DNA of 64,000 bases from Paraphysomonas bandaiensis (GCA_965644295.1 CBFFRP010000119.1:124001-188000), one strand, 5' to 3'; counted from the stretch's first letter, positions 12,701-22,373 are shown. Made by a program: numbers and translations. Notes: a model not told the origin generated them from the letters alone.

Positions 12701-13676
12701 TGAAACTGGTAAACCAGTACAGAGAGTCGGTTGGCACCAGGTGGATCATGGCTCTATGGAGTCCTTGATCGACGAAGAGTGTGCAGCCCTCTTGAATCTT
12801 AAGCGAGTACGAATCCCAAAGAGAGACCGGTACATTATTCGGGGAATAGGTTCACAGGATATCGCTGTGAGTTGGAGAGCTTGTCTTACCTACACTGTTA
12901 CTGCACAACGGGTCTTACCTGTGGCAGTGTTGCCGGGAGAGGCACCACTTTTGAACAATGCAAAAGAACAAGTTCAGTTGAAAGCATGGATACCAATTAT
13001 CCCGAATTGTTCCATGAATGTAATCTTTGGAGGGCATGCATTACGACGTATCAAAATGATTGACTTGTTTGATCATAAACTGCTGTTGTTCCAAACTAAT
13101 GGTATTCAGTATGCAATGCCTCAATTCAACTGGAATGAGACTGTTACGCAAATGGCATCAGCTCAGGACCCTGTGGTACAGAAATGTGTTGCACGCCATC
13201 TCCGTGAAAACAAACCTCAACCTCACAAGGCTGCAGTCTGCATATCGAAACATATCCCACCGCATTCTAAGATGCGGATTCCTGTTCAAGTGGGCAAGGG
13301 TGCTCCGTTAGGTGGATGGATACAGACTCAGCCAGAGGTTGCAAGGATTAATTCAGGTGATGATGCTAATGAGCCCGTCTTACAATTTGAAGATGCTATT
13401 TGTACGGCGAACAGACCTTATATATGGGCTTCTAATCATACCGATGATTGGATCCATCTACCGGGTAGACCGCGTTTAGTTGTACGACTTCAACCCATAT
13501 TATTGGGGATGCAGGTTCATAATCAGGAGACGGTGGAATCTGCTATGAAAGGCAGTGTCGAGACGGAGGATACCACTATCATGCCTACTGATGACAAATT
13601 CCAGCATTCAGATATTTCTATGTTATCTGAAGAGAATCACGAAAATGTCACTAGGCTGGTGTCCTCATCGAAATGA
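9606..13676 (+). CDS. gag: ORF1: Gag-protease polyprotein (1356 aa)
   Basis: N-terminal Cys clusters, knuckle-like CSRCGLRHSINNAQC, aspartic-protease-like VDHGS...NVIFGGHAL, and a degenerate dUTPase-like stretch (IPPHSKMRIPV...SNHTDDWIHL). Starts inside the 5' LTR. Confidence 0.85.
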   Translation: MEEETLDSAQESTKFESVRRTLRLMLGGLDPSIANASEDQIRDIGLAFGLSEIESETLVSQFFKEISSLNKQSDDFRETETHEADSQATTVPELVDRLSSPEEVPLSARKPLAFGKDAIQPLRAQDDFCSFDADATGDSPLHMDPLPFKEQSNKEAEAKECHYTPLPHAGDEAHNVLHSTSGLQGVYNTSRPDQLGRDADRCQICQRLTDPKRLTAGGICYYCSENQCIDCKDQVNSMEIQGGLCYRCRVRRGILRSKRPTTDTLEKCIILGHRRLRPRPDLNEDTYMEHLYLDRGARDPMDLKISLNILQQYADRRRVHTTRWSRQRYTAHIAEPLQHWEQQIYMACTATEVTDRLQDHFFEQMKIARESSAEDISQLAQLVLNRGNGLQLPSNVREWLSRLTVLDNVHELVAEEHIYETAELCMVLNQYLDIRDMAETMWEEADSQLMMRCNLLSKQLSQQNKKFGSWEERTVDSDDESYHSFVSNGSRGSFVSRGSWSADTRSSTSRVLSSRGSRSNSRIYPTEDGRLLDAQAFGCHLQQIGEQHWSLLCNQMRSSRAMRLMSKALPKATPWRREVKEPTLYMKTDDKMRLEKDHSNRYPIERGLRFAVQKARQAKMGLKDLVIQTKNGWCFKGGFKEELQRLSLNRVPEIWDDQEDSQLATEYEFWMRRWVHFCHWAIRNYCPVQTNEQRAKQIEDWAAPDLATPTAVMQLYYELKEVVEHNTPDRQTAQVMEESMRRVVGKEPVWGKSLVAAYDNKITKIERAKSTENWSLSWEEVESIWREIQEEFQQGTLLYIIRPDVQSSKQPDTTKGEGGLRRHHKVHAGIREEPKPSLTPIEIAKLTCSRCGLRHSINNAQCRRITNGKFDPLGFVSETPRNIERNRIYNFWLSRLNKYSQPWSQLPTAQKEEFQAAFRDLTSRWDGGSALHTTFIGGERKKSNSIASSVSSTPQVHWADSDDDSSFSTLDDSIPAHSTDSLSGSRSTKSKSKPKRKVHAAQKVRYLVHTVTPRDESQDTLSMFRVLYDTVDETGKPVQRVGWHQVDHGSMESLIDEECAALLNLKRVRIPKRDRYIIRGIGSQDIAVSWRACLTYTVTAQRVLPVAVLPGEAPLLNNAKEQVQLKAWIPIIPNCSMNVIFGGHALRRIKMIDLFDHKLLLFQTNGIQYAMPQFNWNETVTQMASAQDPVVQKCVARHLRENKPQPHKAAVCISKHIPPHSKMRIPVQVGKGAPLGGWIQTQPEVARINSGDDANEPVLQFEDAICTANRPYIWASNHTDDWIHLPGRPRLVVRLQPILLGMQVHNQETVESAMKGSVETEDTTIMPTDDKFQHSDISMLSEENHENVTRLVSSSK

Positions 13677-16600
13677 GTTGACGGCAAAGAGGTGAATCGG
13701 CCACCTCCGGAGCCACCGCCTGTTAACATAGCCGATACGACTTCGGATTGTCCACGACCGGAGTCATTCCCTGTGGAATTATGGAATTTAGTGGATTTGT
13801 GTCAGCGAAATTCAGTTCAACCACGATTTGACAAGTACACTCCTGACCGTCTTCAAGAGTGTATTGAACTGATTTTAACTAAGCTGGATATATATAAGGA
13901 TGATGAAGCAGTCTCGTTGCAAGGGGAGATTTCTATCGACGCGGATACTATAGCTTCACATCATAATGAACGTGATTATTTTTTGGCTCAAGCTTTGGCC
14001 AATATTGATGTTTTCTGTTTTCCTGATCCCGATAACCCTCCACGGATTAAGGATTATAAAGTGAGTATTGAAACTACTGATGAAGTTCCGGTTCGGGCGC
14101 GACCTCGGAAATATTCTTTATTGCAACAAGCATTTTTAGAGGCTAAAACTGGTATGATGCTTCGTCAGAAAAAGCTTCAACCCTCAAACAGTGATTGGAG
14201 CCATGGTTTAGTTCTGGTTCCTTATCATGACCGTATTCAGAAATTTTTAGATAAATGGGGAGACACGGCACATTTAGAAATCTTCAAAAAGGTTAACTGG
14301 CCTGAAGTGGCCACATTTTTTCGGATGTGTTCAGATGTCCGATCGCTCAATCAGAAAACTAAGGTAGATATTTTTCCACTTCCCAGGATTGATGACTTGC
14401 TAGATAGCATTCCTGTGGGAACTGACCGGTTTTCAGCGGGCGATATTGCTGATGCATTTTTCTGTGTGGAGCTTGACGCTGATAGTCGATTTAAAACGGC
14501 ATTCCGCACTCATAACGCTCATTTACAGTATACGGTGATGTTACAAGGCTGGGTCAATGCACCTTCACACTTTAGTAGAGTCATTGCCCAGACTTTTGAA
14601 GACATGGATCGGTTTCAAGTCTCTGCATACCTGGACGATGTGCTTAACCATACTGGGGGTTTTCGTGCACATTTCCTGACACAGCAGTCCATATACGATA
14701 GACTTCGAAATCGTCATCTTACATTTAAAATTGAAAAGACTCATATTAATTATCGGGAGCTGCGGTTCCTTGGACATATTCTGTCCAGAAACGGCCGATG
14801 CCCTGATCCGAAGAAGGTTGAGGCGATTACAAATCTTGCAGACCCAGAGGACGTTACGGCTGTTCGATGTTTTTTAGGAAGTACTTCATTCTATCGTCAG
14901 TATATTCCTCAATACGCAGACGTTGCGTTGCCTCTGTATGACTTGACGAAGAAAAATGTCAACGTGAAGAAACTCTGGCGCCCAGAGATACACGGCCATG
15001 CCATGGAGAGGCTTAAAGAGGCGCTGCGGAAGGCTCCTGTGCTTCGTTACATTGATAATTCTAAACCGTTTGTCATTCACCTGGATGCTTCCAAGACAAA
15101 GCGTGGTATCGGTGGGGTTCTCATGCAGCATGATGACGCAGGGCAGCTCCATCCGGTGGAATATTTCAGTCGTAAGTTAACTCCTGCTGAACGAAATTAC
15201 TCGGCCACGGATTTGGAATGTAAGGCCCTCAGGGATGTTATTCTCCATTGGCATATTTATCTGAGTAGTGGTCGTAAATTTGAAGTCCACTCTGACCACA
15301 ATTGCCTGAAATATATGGTCCATTCAGTGACTGCAACACTTAATCCACGATTGCTGGGATACCTCATGGATCTTCAATCATATCGTTTTGCTTTACATTA
15401 CAAAAAAGGGGTGGAAAATGTAGTTGCTGATATGTTAAGTCGCCTTTGGCAAATAGGGGATGTACCGCCAGCTACTAGGGAGGAGCTCTCCGATCATCTC
15501 GGGCCGGTGGTTGATAATGAGGATCCAGACCTCATCCGATCATGGGGGGCTGCAAAACGACAGTTGAGTAAATTGAAACGCCAAGCGGTTGTGGAGGCGC
15601 AAACTATTAAGAAAACTCATACTTGCTCTAGCAAATTTGAGGTTCAAATCTGTAATTGTGATGCGCTGGATTTGGATTTGTTGTCTTCTTTGCCTGATGT
15701 CAAGGAAGGGGGAGTATTAGGGGAAAGTTCAGAATTAGAAAATTCTGCAGTTAGATTTAAAGTTGCTGGCTCTACATTAAAAAGAAGGAAGCAGCTTTGT
15801 ATCGATGTAGAACAATATAGTTGCCAAGTCGAGAATCTACTTAAAGAATTGAATATCACGGAAGTTCAGGAAACTGGTGAGTCAAGGATGAAATTCAGCA
15901 ATTCGGGACAGAATATACAACATGCAACTGCACACACGAACCGAACTAGCTTTCATCCATCTCGAACAAACTATATGGATAATCCAGATGAGTCAGAAGA
16001 TATGAAGTTAATTCGAGAACGACGAATTTCTGGTTACAATCAATGTACTATTCTTCCATCGACAAAGCTAAGAGCAGGATGGGGACTTTTTGCCACCAAA
16101 CAGATCTGTCCAAATGTTGAGATTTGTGATTATGTGGGTCCGGTTGTATCTGAAGGAGTGGATCAATTAAGCTCCAATTATGGGATGCAGATGATTGCTG
16201 GAGCACATCGTAAGATTGTTATTGATGGATGGGAACCTGGTTCAAGCTTAGGTCGATATGCGAATGATGGGATATCCAAACAATTGATTAATGCGAAATT
16301 GATATGGAAAAAATCTAAAGGAGTTTTGATGGCTCTTAGAGAGATCTTGCCTGGGGATGAAATATTTTTTGACTATGGTAAAGAATTTTGGAGTACTAGA
16401 AGTGATCAACTTAGTCCAGAAGATAATCAAATTCTGAATTTAGATGGATCTCGACGGAAGACTACCGTGTCTTTTAAAGATGAATTTGAGTTAATTGTGT
16501 ACGATCAAAAACGGAAAGTTCAGGAGAAACTATATTCCAAAATCTTTAAGTACAGCGATGAAGAAAATTCCAGAATACAGGAACTTGTTGAGATGGAGGA

Positions 16601-18257
16601 ACGAAATACTAGGAATTTCGAGAGAACTCTCCGATATCTAGAAACCGACGCTTTGGAGAAGTACTCTTATGAGAACCTAGTACAATGCCAATCACTTGCT
16701 GACGAATTGCAATATCTGGTAGGCAGAAAGTATATTGATGACGATAATTTCCAAAAATATGAGATTGCTTCAATACATTATGATGAAATGCATAAGTTAG
16801 TGGTTGGTCATAGGAGGCCTTTGTCAGGGAAATTGGATAGATATGATACTCACCCATTCGCCGTATGTGGAAAATCTGGATTATGGGAGTTATCAGATCA
16901 ATATTTATTAGATCATCCGGAAGAAGATCCGGAGATTAAGTGGCCTTCGAGTAGAGAGAGTATGTTTCAGATCCAAGAAAATGATACTCAACTTGGATTG
17001 ATTATATCACAGTTATCAAATTTTGAAACTGGCCATGAGTTAGAAGTGGATGGTCATGTTTACAAGTTACATGAGAATGCAGATGAACCATCGCACAAGA
17101 CACTATTGAGAAAACATGTTCAGAAAAACAAGGGATCAATAGATTGGCAAATTATGGTCCCTCAGGTGTTACGTTTTCAACTAATGAAGTATTTCCATGA
17201 AGGATATACGCATCCAGGAACACAACGAATGCTTGAAACTTTGAAATTGAGATATTTTTGGCCGTCAATACGCAAGGATGTACAGAAACATGTGGAGGAA
17301 TGTATACCTTGTAAATTACGTAAGACCTATCAAACGCGACCAAAGATTCCAATAATGAAATACCCTGATGCAAAATTTCCTTTGTCACGAATACATATTG
17401 ATTTAACAGGAAGATTGGTGAAAACCAAAAGTGGTTTCAGTTATATTCTAGTGGTAAAGGATTTCCTTACTAAATTTGTTTGGCTTATGCCTCTTAAGAA
17501 CAAGACGCCTTTGGAAGTGGCTAATGCTTTGATTACTCATGTGTTTTGTCCATTTGGGTTACCAGAATTACTGGTGAGTGATAAAGGCACAGAGTTTGTC
17601 AATAAACTGACCAAAGCAATATCCAAGTTATTCAAGTATAGAAGGATTAACACTACTCCTTATACTCCAAGGAGCCAGGGTTTAGTTGAGAATCACAACA
17701 AGACGTTGAAGGATCAGTTGTACCATTTTGTAGGTGTATTACAGGATGACTGGGATACATTTTTGCCTACAGTACAATTGATGTATAATACTACAGTGTC
17801 CTCGAGCACAAGTTTTACTCCATATTATATGATGTTCGGTAGAGAATGCCGTTTACCATCTATAGAGTTTACATTGTCCTCGAAACTTTCCGAGCTTCGA
17901 TTACAACCTGGAACTATTGAAGCTGAATGGATAGATAAATTGTTGATTTCTTTGGAACAAGCTTGGAATTATGCAACGAAGAAGGCTCAAAAGAATCATC
18001 TTCGACATAATATAGTATCTAGGCGACCTCGAGAGTTCAAAGAATATAATGCTGGTGACTTATTCTTCAGAATTCGACGTCCAATTAATGTGTTTAAATC
18101 GGCTGATGATGAGGAATTGTATAAAATCAATGCCAAATTACAAGCTAGATTTGAAGGACCTTATAAAGTTATTCGGCGACTAAGTCCAATACTTTATGAT
18201 GCTGAAATTGAAGGAAAAGAGGTTCGAATAAATGCTACTAATATGAAGCCATTTTAG
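13677..18257 (+). CDS. pol: ORF2: Pol (RT, RNase H, SET domain, integrase), in frame with ORF1 after one TGA
   Basis: RT: FPLPRIDDLL, QGWVNAP, YLDD (14628-14639), FLGH. RNase H: LDAS, YFSRKL, SDH, ADMLSR. SET at 16044-16391. IN: H-H-C-C finger, IHIDL / SDKGTEF / GLVE catalytic triad, GPY motif. Confidence 0.95.
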   Translation, partial: VDGKEVNRPPPEPPPVNIADTTSDCPRPESFPVELWNLVDLCQRNSVQPRFDKYTPDRLQECIELILTKLDIYKDDEAVSLQGEISIDADTIASHHNERDYFLAQALANIDVFCFPDPDNPPRIKDYKVSIETTDEVPVRARPRKYSLLQQAFLEAKTGMMLRQKKLQPSNSDWSHGLVLVPYHDRIQKFLDKWGDTAHLEIFKKVNWPEVATFFRMCSDVRSLNQKTKVDIFPLPRIDDLLDSIPVGTDRFSAGDIADAFFCVELDADSRFKTAFRTHNAHLQYTVMLQGWVNAPSHFSRVIAQTFEDMDRFQVSAYLDDVLNHTGGFRAHFLTQQSIYDRLRNRHLTFKIEKTHINYRELRFLGHILSRNGRCPDPKKVEAITNLADPEDVTAVRCFLGSTSFYRQYIPQYADVALPLYDLTKKNVNVKKLWRPEIHGHAMERLKEALRKAPVLRYIDNSKPFVIHLDASKTKRGIGGVLMQHDDAGQLHPVEYFSRKLTPAERNYSATDLECKALRDVILHWHIYLSSGRKFEVHSDHNCLKYMVHSVTATLNPRLLGYLMDLQSYRFALHYKKGVENVVADMLSRLWQIGDVPPATREELSDHLGPVVDNEDPDLIRSWGAAKRQLSKLKRQAVVEAQTIKKTHTCSSKFEVQICNCDALDLDLLSSLPDVKEGGVLGESSELENSAVRFKVAGSTLKRRKQLCIDVEQYSCQVENLLKELNITEVQETGESRMKFSNSGQNIQHATAHTNRTSFHPSRTNYMDNPDESEDMKLIRERRISGYNQCTILPSTKLRAGWGLFATKQICPNVEICDYVGPVVSEGVDQLSSNYGMQMIAGAHRKIVIDGWEPGSSLGRYANDGISKQLINAKLIWKKSKGVLMALREILPGDEIFFDYGKEFWSTRSDQLSPEDNQILNLDGSRRKTTVSFKDEFELIVYDQKRKVQEKLYSKIFKYSDEENSRIQELVEMEERNTRNFERTLRYLETDALEKYSYENLVQCQSLADELQYLVGRKYIDDDNFQKYEIASIHYDEMHKLVVGHRRPLSGKLDRYDTHPFAVCGKSGLWELSDQYLLDHPEEDPEIKWPSSRESMFQIQENDTQLGLIISQLSNFETGHELEVDGHVYKLHENADEPSHKTLLRKHVQKNKGSIDWQIMVPQVLRFQLMKYFHEGYTHPGTQRMLETLKLRYFWPSIRKDVQKHVEECIPCKLRKTYQTRPKIPIMKYPDAKFPLSRIHIDLTGRLVKTKSGFSYILVVKDFLTKFVWLMPLKNKTPLEVANALITHVFCPFGLPELLVSDKGTEFVNKLTKAISKLFKYRRINTTPYTPRSQGLVENHNKTLKDQLYHFVGVLQDDWDTFLPTVQLMYNTTVSSSTSFTPYYMMFGRECRLPSIEFTLSSKLSELRLQPGTIEAEWIDKLLISLEQAWNYATKKAQKNHLRHNIVSRRPREFKEYNAGDLFFRIRRPINVFKSADDEELYKINAKLQARFEGPYKVIRRLSPILYDAEIEGKEVRINATNMKPF
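16044..16391 (+). other. SET lysine-methyltransferase domain embedded in Pol
   Basis: GWGLFATKQI, EICDYVG, IDG, LGRYAND..N and ALREILPGDEIFFDYGKEFW correspond to SET motifs I-IV. Confidence 0.9.
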
Positions 18258-18312
18258 GTTCGCAGTGAACTTCGTTCCGCATACTGGCGTATGCGACTGC
18301 TGGAGGGGGTAG

Positions 18313-19188
18313 TGTAATAACCAGCTATCAGGTTATTCTATTCTACAAGCTCTCTATTGTATATGCTTAAGTTTGTACATACTATCTGTGCAAACATAGA
18401 TTGAATATTATTATTATTACCATAACTCACACTGAGATATATGATGTATTATGACTATGACAATTCATGCTTATTATTGATATTTACATAATCATTCAAA
18501 AGACAAAGAGAGACATGATTATCAATAATGAGACATAATGATGATACTGATGATGGATGATATATATATATGTTCTTATTATATATATATATTGACTTTA
18601 AGGCTGGAGAAGTTTACTGGAGAATTCCGGGTTTGATATCCACGCTGATAGATGTGTATTGCCAGATTATCCAGTAATACAGTTATACATTACGTATTTC
18701 CTTCAGTGCTTATTGGGGATTGATTGTACTAAGGAGTACGAATACCAGGCTTCAACTACAAAGAGAATACTGAATGTATCTTCCCTTATACAGTTGTGAT
18801 GAGTTATTATGATCAACTGTGTTAGACTGATGTGTTTGGTATTGAATATGAATGATGTTCATTCCATTGATCACGGAATCGTAGGTAGACATATTTATAT
18901 TATTGATAATAAGATGCAATTTCCTTACTCTTGAAATTGCTGGTAGATAGCATTGTAGTTGTAGACATATATTTGTTCATTGTGATTTGATTATATTGTT
19001 ATTATTATGGAGGAGGAGACTCTTGATAGCGCACAAGAGTCTACTAAATTCGAGTCAGTGAGAAGGACCCTCAGGCTTATGCTTGGAGGGTTAGACCCTT
19101 CCATTGCCAATGCCAGTGAGGATCAAATCCGGGATATAGGCTTGGCATTTGGGTTGTCTGAGATCGAATCAGAGACGTTGGTGTCTCA
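18313..19188 (+). repeat. 3' LTR (876 bp), carrying a copy of the first ~60 gag codons
   Basis: Matches the 5' LTR. ORF 19007-19231 is the gag start reading into flanking DNA. Confidence 0.97.
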
Positions 19189-19642
19189 CAAACAGTTTTT
19201 AGACAATGTCATATATATTGCTTCTACTTAAGTAAATAATATAATATACTTCATACATGTGCTGTACTACTCGTCTGTTTATCAATATTATGTCGTATGT
19301 CGTAAATATCTTGAATAACCCTTTATCTGAATTCACAAAATCAACCACTATTAATCTTTTTCATAGCATCATATAAATCAACATAGCCTAGTAAACATCG
19401 CCATCAACAGGGTAATGTATAGGTCTATAAGTCGTATGTTCAATCCTTCTACCTTCTATTAGTCTGACACTATCTGCGGTACTATAGGTGTTTAGAAGTT
19501 GGAAGAGTGTTTCACATGTTAATAATTTCACTCCACACTGAAGTAGCCGTTAATATGCAAATGTTAATAAACGATGTTGGTAAATTACTATAATCGGTTA
19601 CTGCAGTAGTTGTTAGTAAAATAATCAGTTTGTAATTTGTAA

Positions 19643-20400
19643 CAGGTTTGCGTAACAATTAATTGGAAATTAATTGGTACCAGGTGTGCAACAATAATAA
19701 TTGAAATTATTAATCAAGCATCCAATTATTGGCAATGATGTAATTATTTGGATAAATGGCCAATTAATTGCCTTTATTTTTATTGATAGATTTTAGAATA
19801 ACTTTCTGAACAATAATCTCATCCCAAAGTGTCTAGGTTTTTATTCGCTTGCAAATGTCTAGTCATAACAATCTTCTGCTAAACAACCTCTCATAAACAT
19901 TGGTAGTGCTATACGAATATCGTATATCGTGTTGGCAGTTTGATTCGTGCTTTTTGGCGCTTTCGGTTGTCATGAAGTAAACGAATGGCGTCGTCTTCCT
20001 CCTACTCACCTTTTTCTTCAAGTTCACCTTCGTGTGCAGGTACATCATTAATCAAAAAGCGTCGCACCTGTGCTTTTTCAGCGCGATTAAGTTCTTCTTC
20101 CCAACCGCACTGAATTTTGACTACTGCTCTCTCAAAATCTGCATTTTGAACAATTTCCGCATCAGCACCCAGGTGAAATTTCATCCTAGAGTACTGACGA
20201 ATTAAATCATCAAATCTTGCACACACACATACTTCTCTTCCTCTGATAGTGGTATCTAACGGATACACTTATATAACGTCATTTACACTACAATAATTGA
20301 ATATTTCGAAGTAGTTGAATATGCTGTCACATTTTATGATATGTATCTAGACGATCGTTATAGAAGTGCTCAGTTTGTTCTTTCCCAACGACCTTTGACA
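19643..20400 (-). pseudogene. Decayed hAT transposase relic
   Basis: Fragments FERAVVKIQ...EKAQVRRFL and TTNVYERLFS (hAT C-terminal motif). End CAGGTTTGCGTAAC at 19643 resembles the TIR at 50083. Confidence 0.6.
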
Positions 20401-20698
20401 TGATCTCTTGAATGCTGAGGTTAAATGTATACTAACCCTAATTACGATTAATAAAATGATAACGTAACTGTGATGTGCAATGTTTCTACTATAAAAACGA
20501 AACTGTTACTTTTTTTCGTAGGACTTGGTATTTTATTACGACGCATCTCAATAAATTCAGTAAATTTGGCGAAGTACAAACTACGTTTTCTCGTACAAAA
20601 TTGCCAGTGCGCACCATTATCACATTATCATGCTCGAAATACAAAAAGTACTACATATACAGCCGAGCTTACTACACAGCCACTAATCTAACAACTGC

Positions 20699-21667
20699 CT
20701 ACGCGGAACCAACGAAATCAAGGTACGCTTTCGCCTTTTCCATCTGCGCCATGAACTGATAGAACTGTTCTAGCGAGAGCTCCATATACACATCCTGGGG
20801 ACCTTTACTGCCTTTATCCACGGTTAATTTCATCTGAAGGAAAGTACGACCGACCTGCACCAGTAAATTTCAAATTCGATAACACATATCACACGCAAGC
20901 CATACTTTATCAGATTCGTCTGTAGAAGCTGTAACACCAAATGACCAGTCCACGTCTATAAGTTCATTGGCTGTCACGATTCGTGAAAGAAGAGAGGATG
21001 TAAGGTCACTTGAACTATCATCCCAACAAGCGCGGATAACTTCAGCAGCGGTGGCATCAATCCCAATTCCAGTGCACGTTGCTTCAAGATGACTTGCACT
21101 CCAGCCCTCCCGCATACCTTGATAATATCAAATACAACACTGGTATAAGAGACACACGCAAAAAAGATATGTAGTAAGGGAAAGGTCTACCGACACCTTT
21201 ACATAACAAAACACTGTGCCTAAAAAATATTAAAAACAACACCTCGTTGAAGAAACAAAATCAGAGCGCGCACAGTTGCTTTCAGAACGCCGGGGTTTAT
21301 TCTAAACAAATAACATTACCCAACTCCACAATCCATAGCACAACTTAAGAATATATATAGTAGCTATACATGCATATGTACACATACATATAAACGCTGC
21401 ATACACATATAACTCCGTATATAATAAATAAAAACACCATTACCGCACAGCCAGACAACTACCTGTTGCTCTCAGTGAACTCAGAGAGCTTCTCCTGCAA
21501 CTCGGTTCCCTACAAAGGTAAGTATATGAGTCCCAGATCACCTCACACCGCAATCACCACACCTTTGAATCAACCAGAAACCTGATAATAACCTCACACA
21601 GAGACCGCACCTGAGCCTCAGTGAGAGAGTTTAGATTGGATAAATCCTGAGAAAGTATGTCGTCCAT
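20699..21667 (-). CDS. COMMD7: COMM domain-containing protein 7-like, multi-exon
   Basis: LIDVDWSFGVTASTDESDKVGRTFLQMKLTVDKG...VYMELSLEQFYQFMAQMEKAK matches the COMMD7-type COMM domain. Predicted first exon MDDILSQDLSNLNSLTEAQ. Confidence 0.8.
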
Positions 21668-21754
21668 GTTTCCTGGGTCCGCGATGGTAATATAGATATA
21701 TGATAACAACACCATCATACAACATACACACCATCATATACACTGCAGTAGTTA

Positions 21755-22342
21755 TGTATATGTATGTATGTATGTATGCATGTATGTATGTATGTATGTA
21801 TGTATGTATGTATGTATGTATGTATGTATGTATGTATGTATGTATGTATGTATGTATGTATGTATGTATGTATGTATGTATGTATGTATGTATGTATGTA
21901 TGTATGTATGTATGTATGTATGTATGTATGTATGTATGTATGTATGTATGTATGTATGTATGTATGTATGTATGTATGTATGTATGTATGTATGTATGTA
22001 TGTATGTATGTATGTATGTATGTATGTATGTATGTATGTATGTATGTATGTATGTATGTATGTATGTATGTATGTATGTATGTATGTATGAATGTATGTA
22101 TGTATGTAAGTAAGTATATATGTATGTATGTATGTACGTATGTATGTATGTATGTATGTATGTATGTATGTATGTATGTATGCATGTATGTATGTATGTA
22201 TGTATGTATGTATGTATGTATGTATGTATGTATGTATGTATGTATGTATGTATGTATGTATGTATGTATGTATGTATGTATGTATGTATGTATGTATGTA
22301 TGTATGTATGTATGTATGTATGTATGTATGTATGTATGTATG

Positions 22343-22373
<31 letters not shown>

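Larger units (their letters stand above)
8912..19188 (+). mobile_element. Complete Ty3/Gypsy LTR retrotransposon carrying a SET domain
   Basis: 876-bp TG...CA LTRs at 8912-9787 and 18313-19188. 4-bp TSD CAAA at 8908-8911 and 19189-19192. PPT GGAGGGGG at 18302-18309. Domain order Gag-PR-RT-RH-(SET)-IN. Confidence 0.97.

Noticed and set aside
13674-13676. UGA as a selenocysteine codon
   Set aside because: No AUGA/AA/GA SECIS-type structure is recognisable after pol, and the position is a disordered linker.
19007-19231. 74-aa ORF as an independent gene
   Set aside because: It is the gag start duplicated in the 3' LTR running into flanking DNA.
21684-21688. ATG|GT micro-exon as the start of the gene at 25.9 kb, with the microsatellite as its intron
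   Set aside because: An in-frame ATG at 25885 explains the protein without it.
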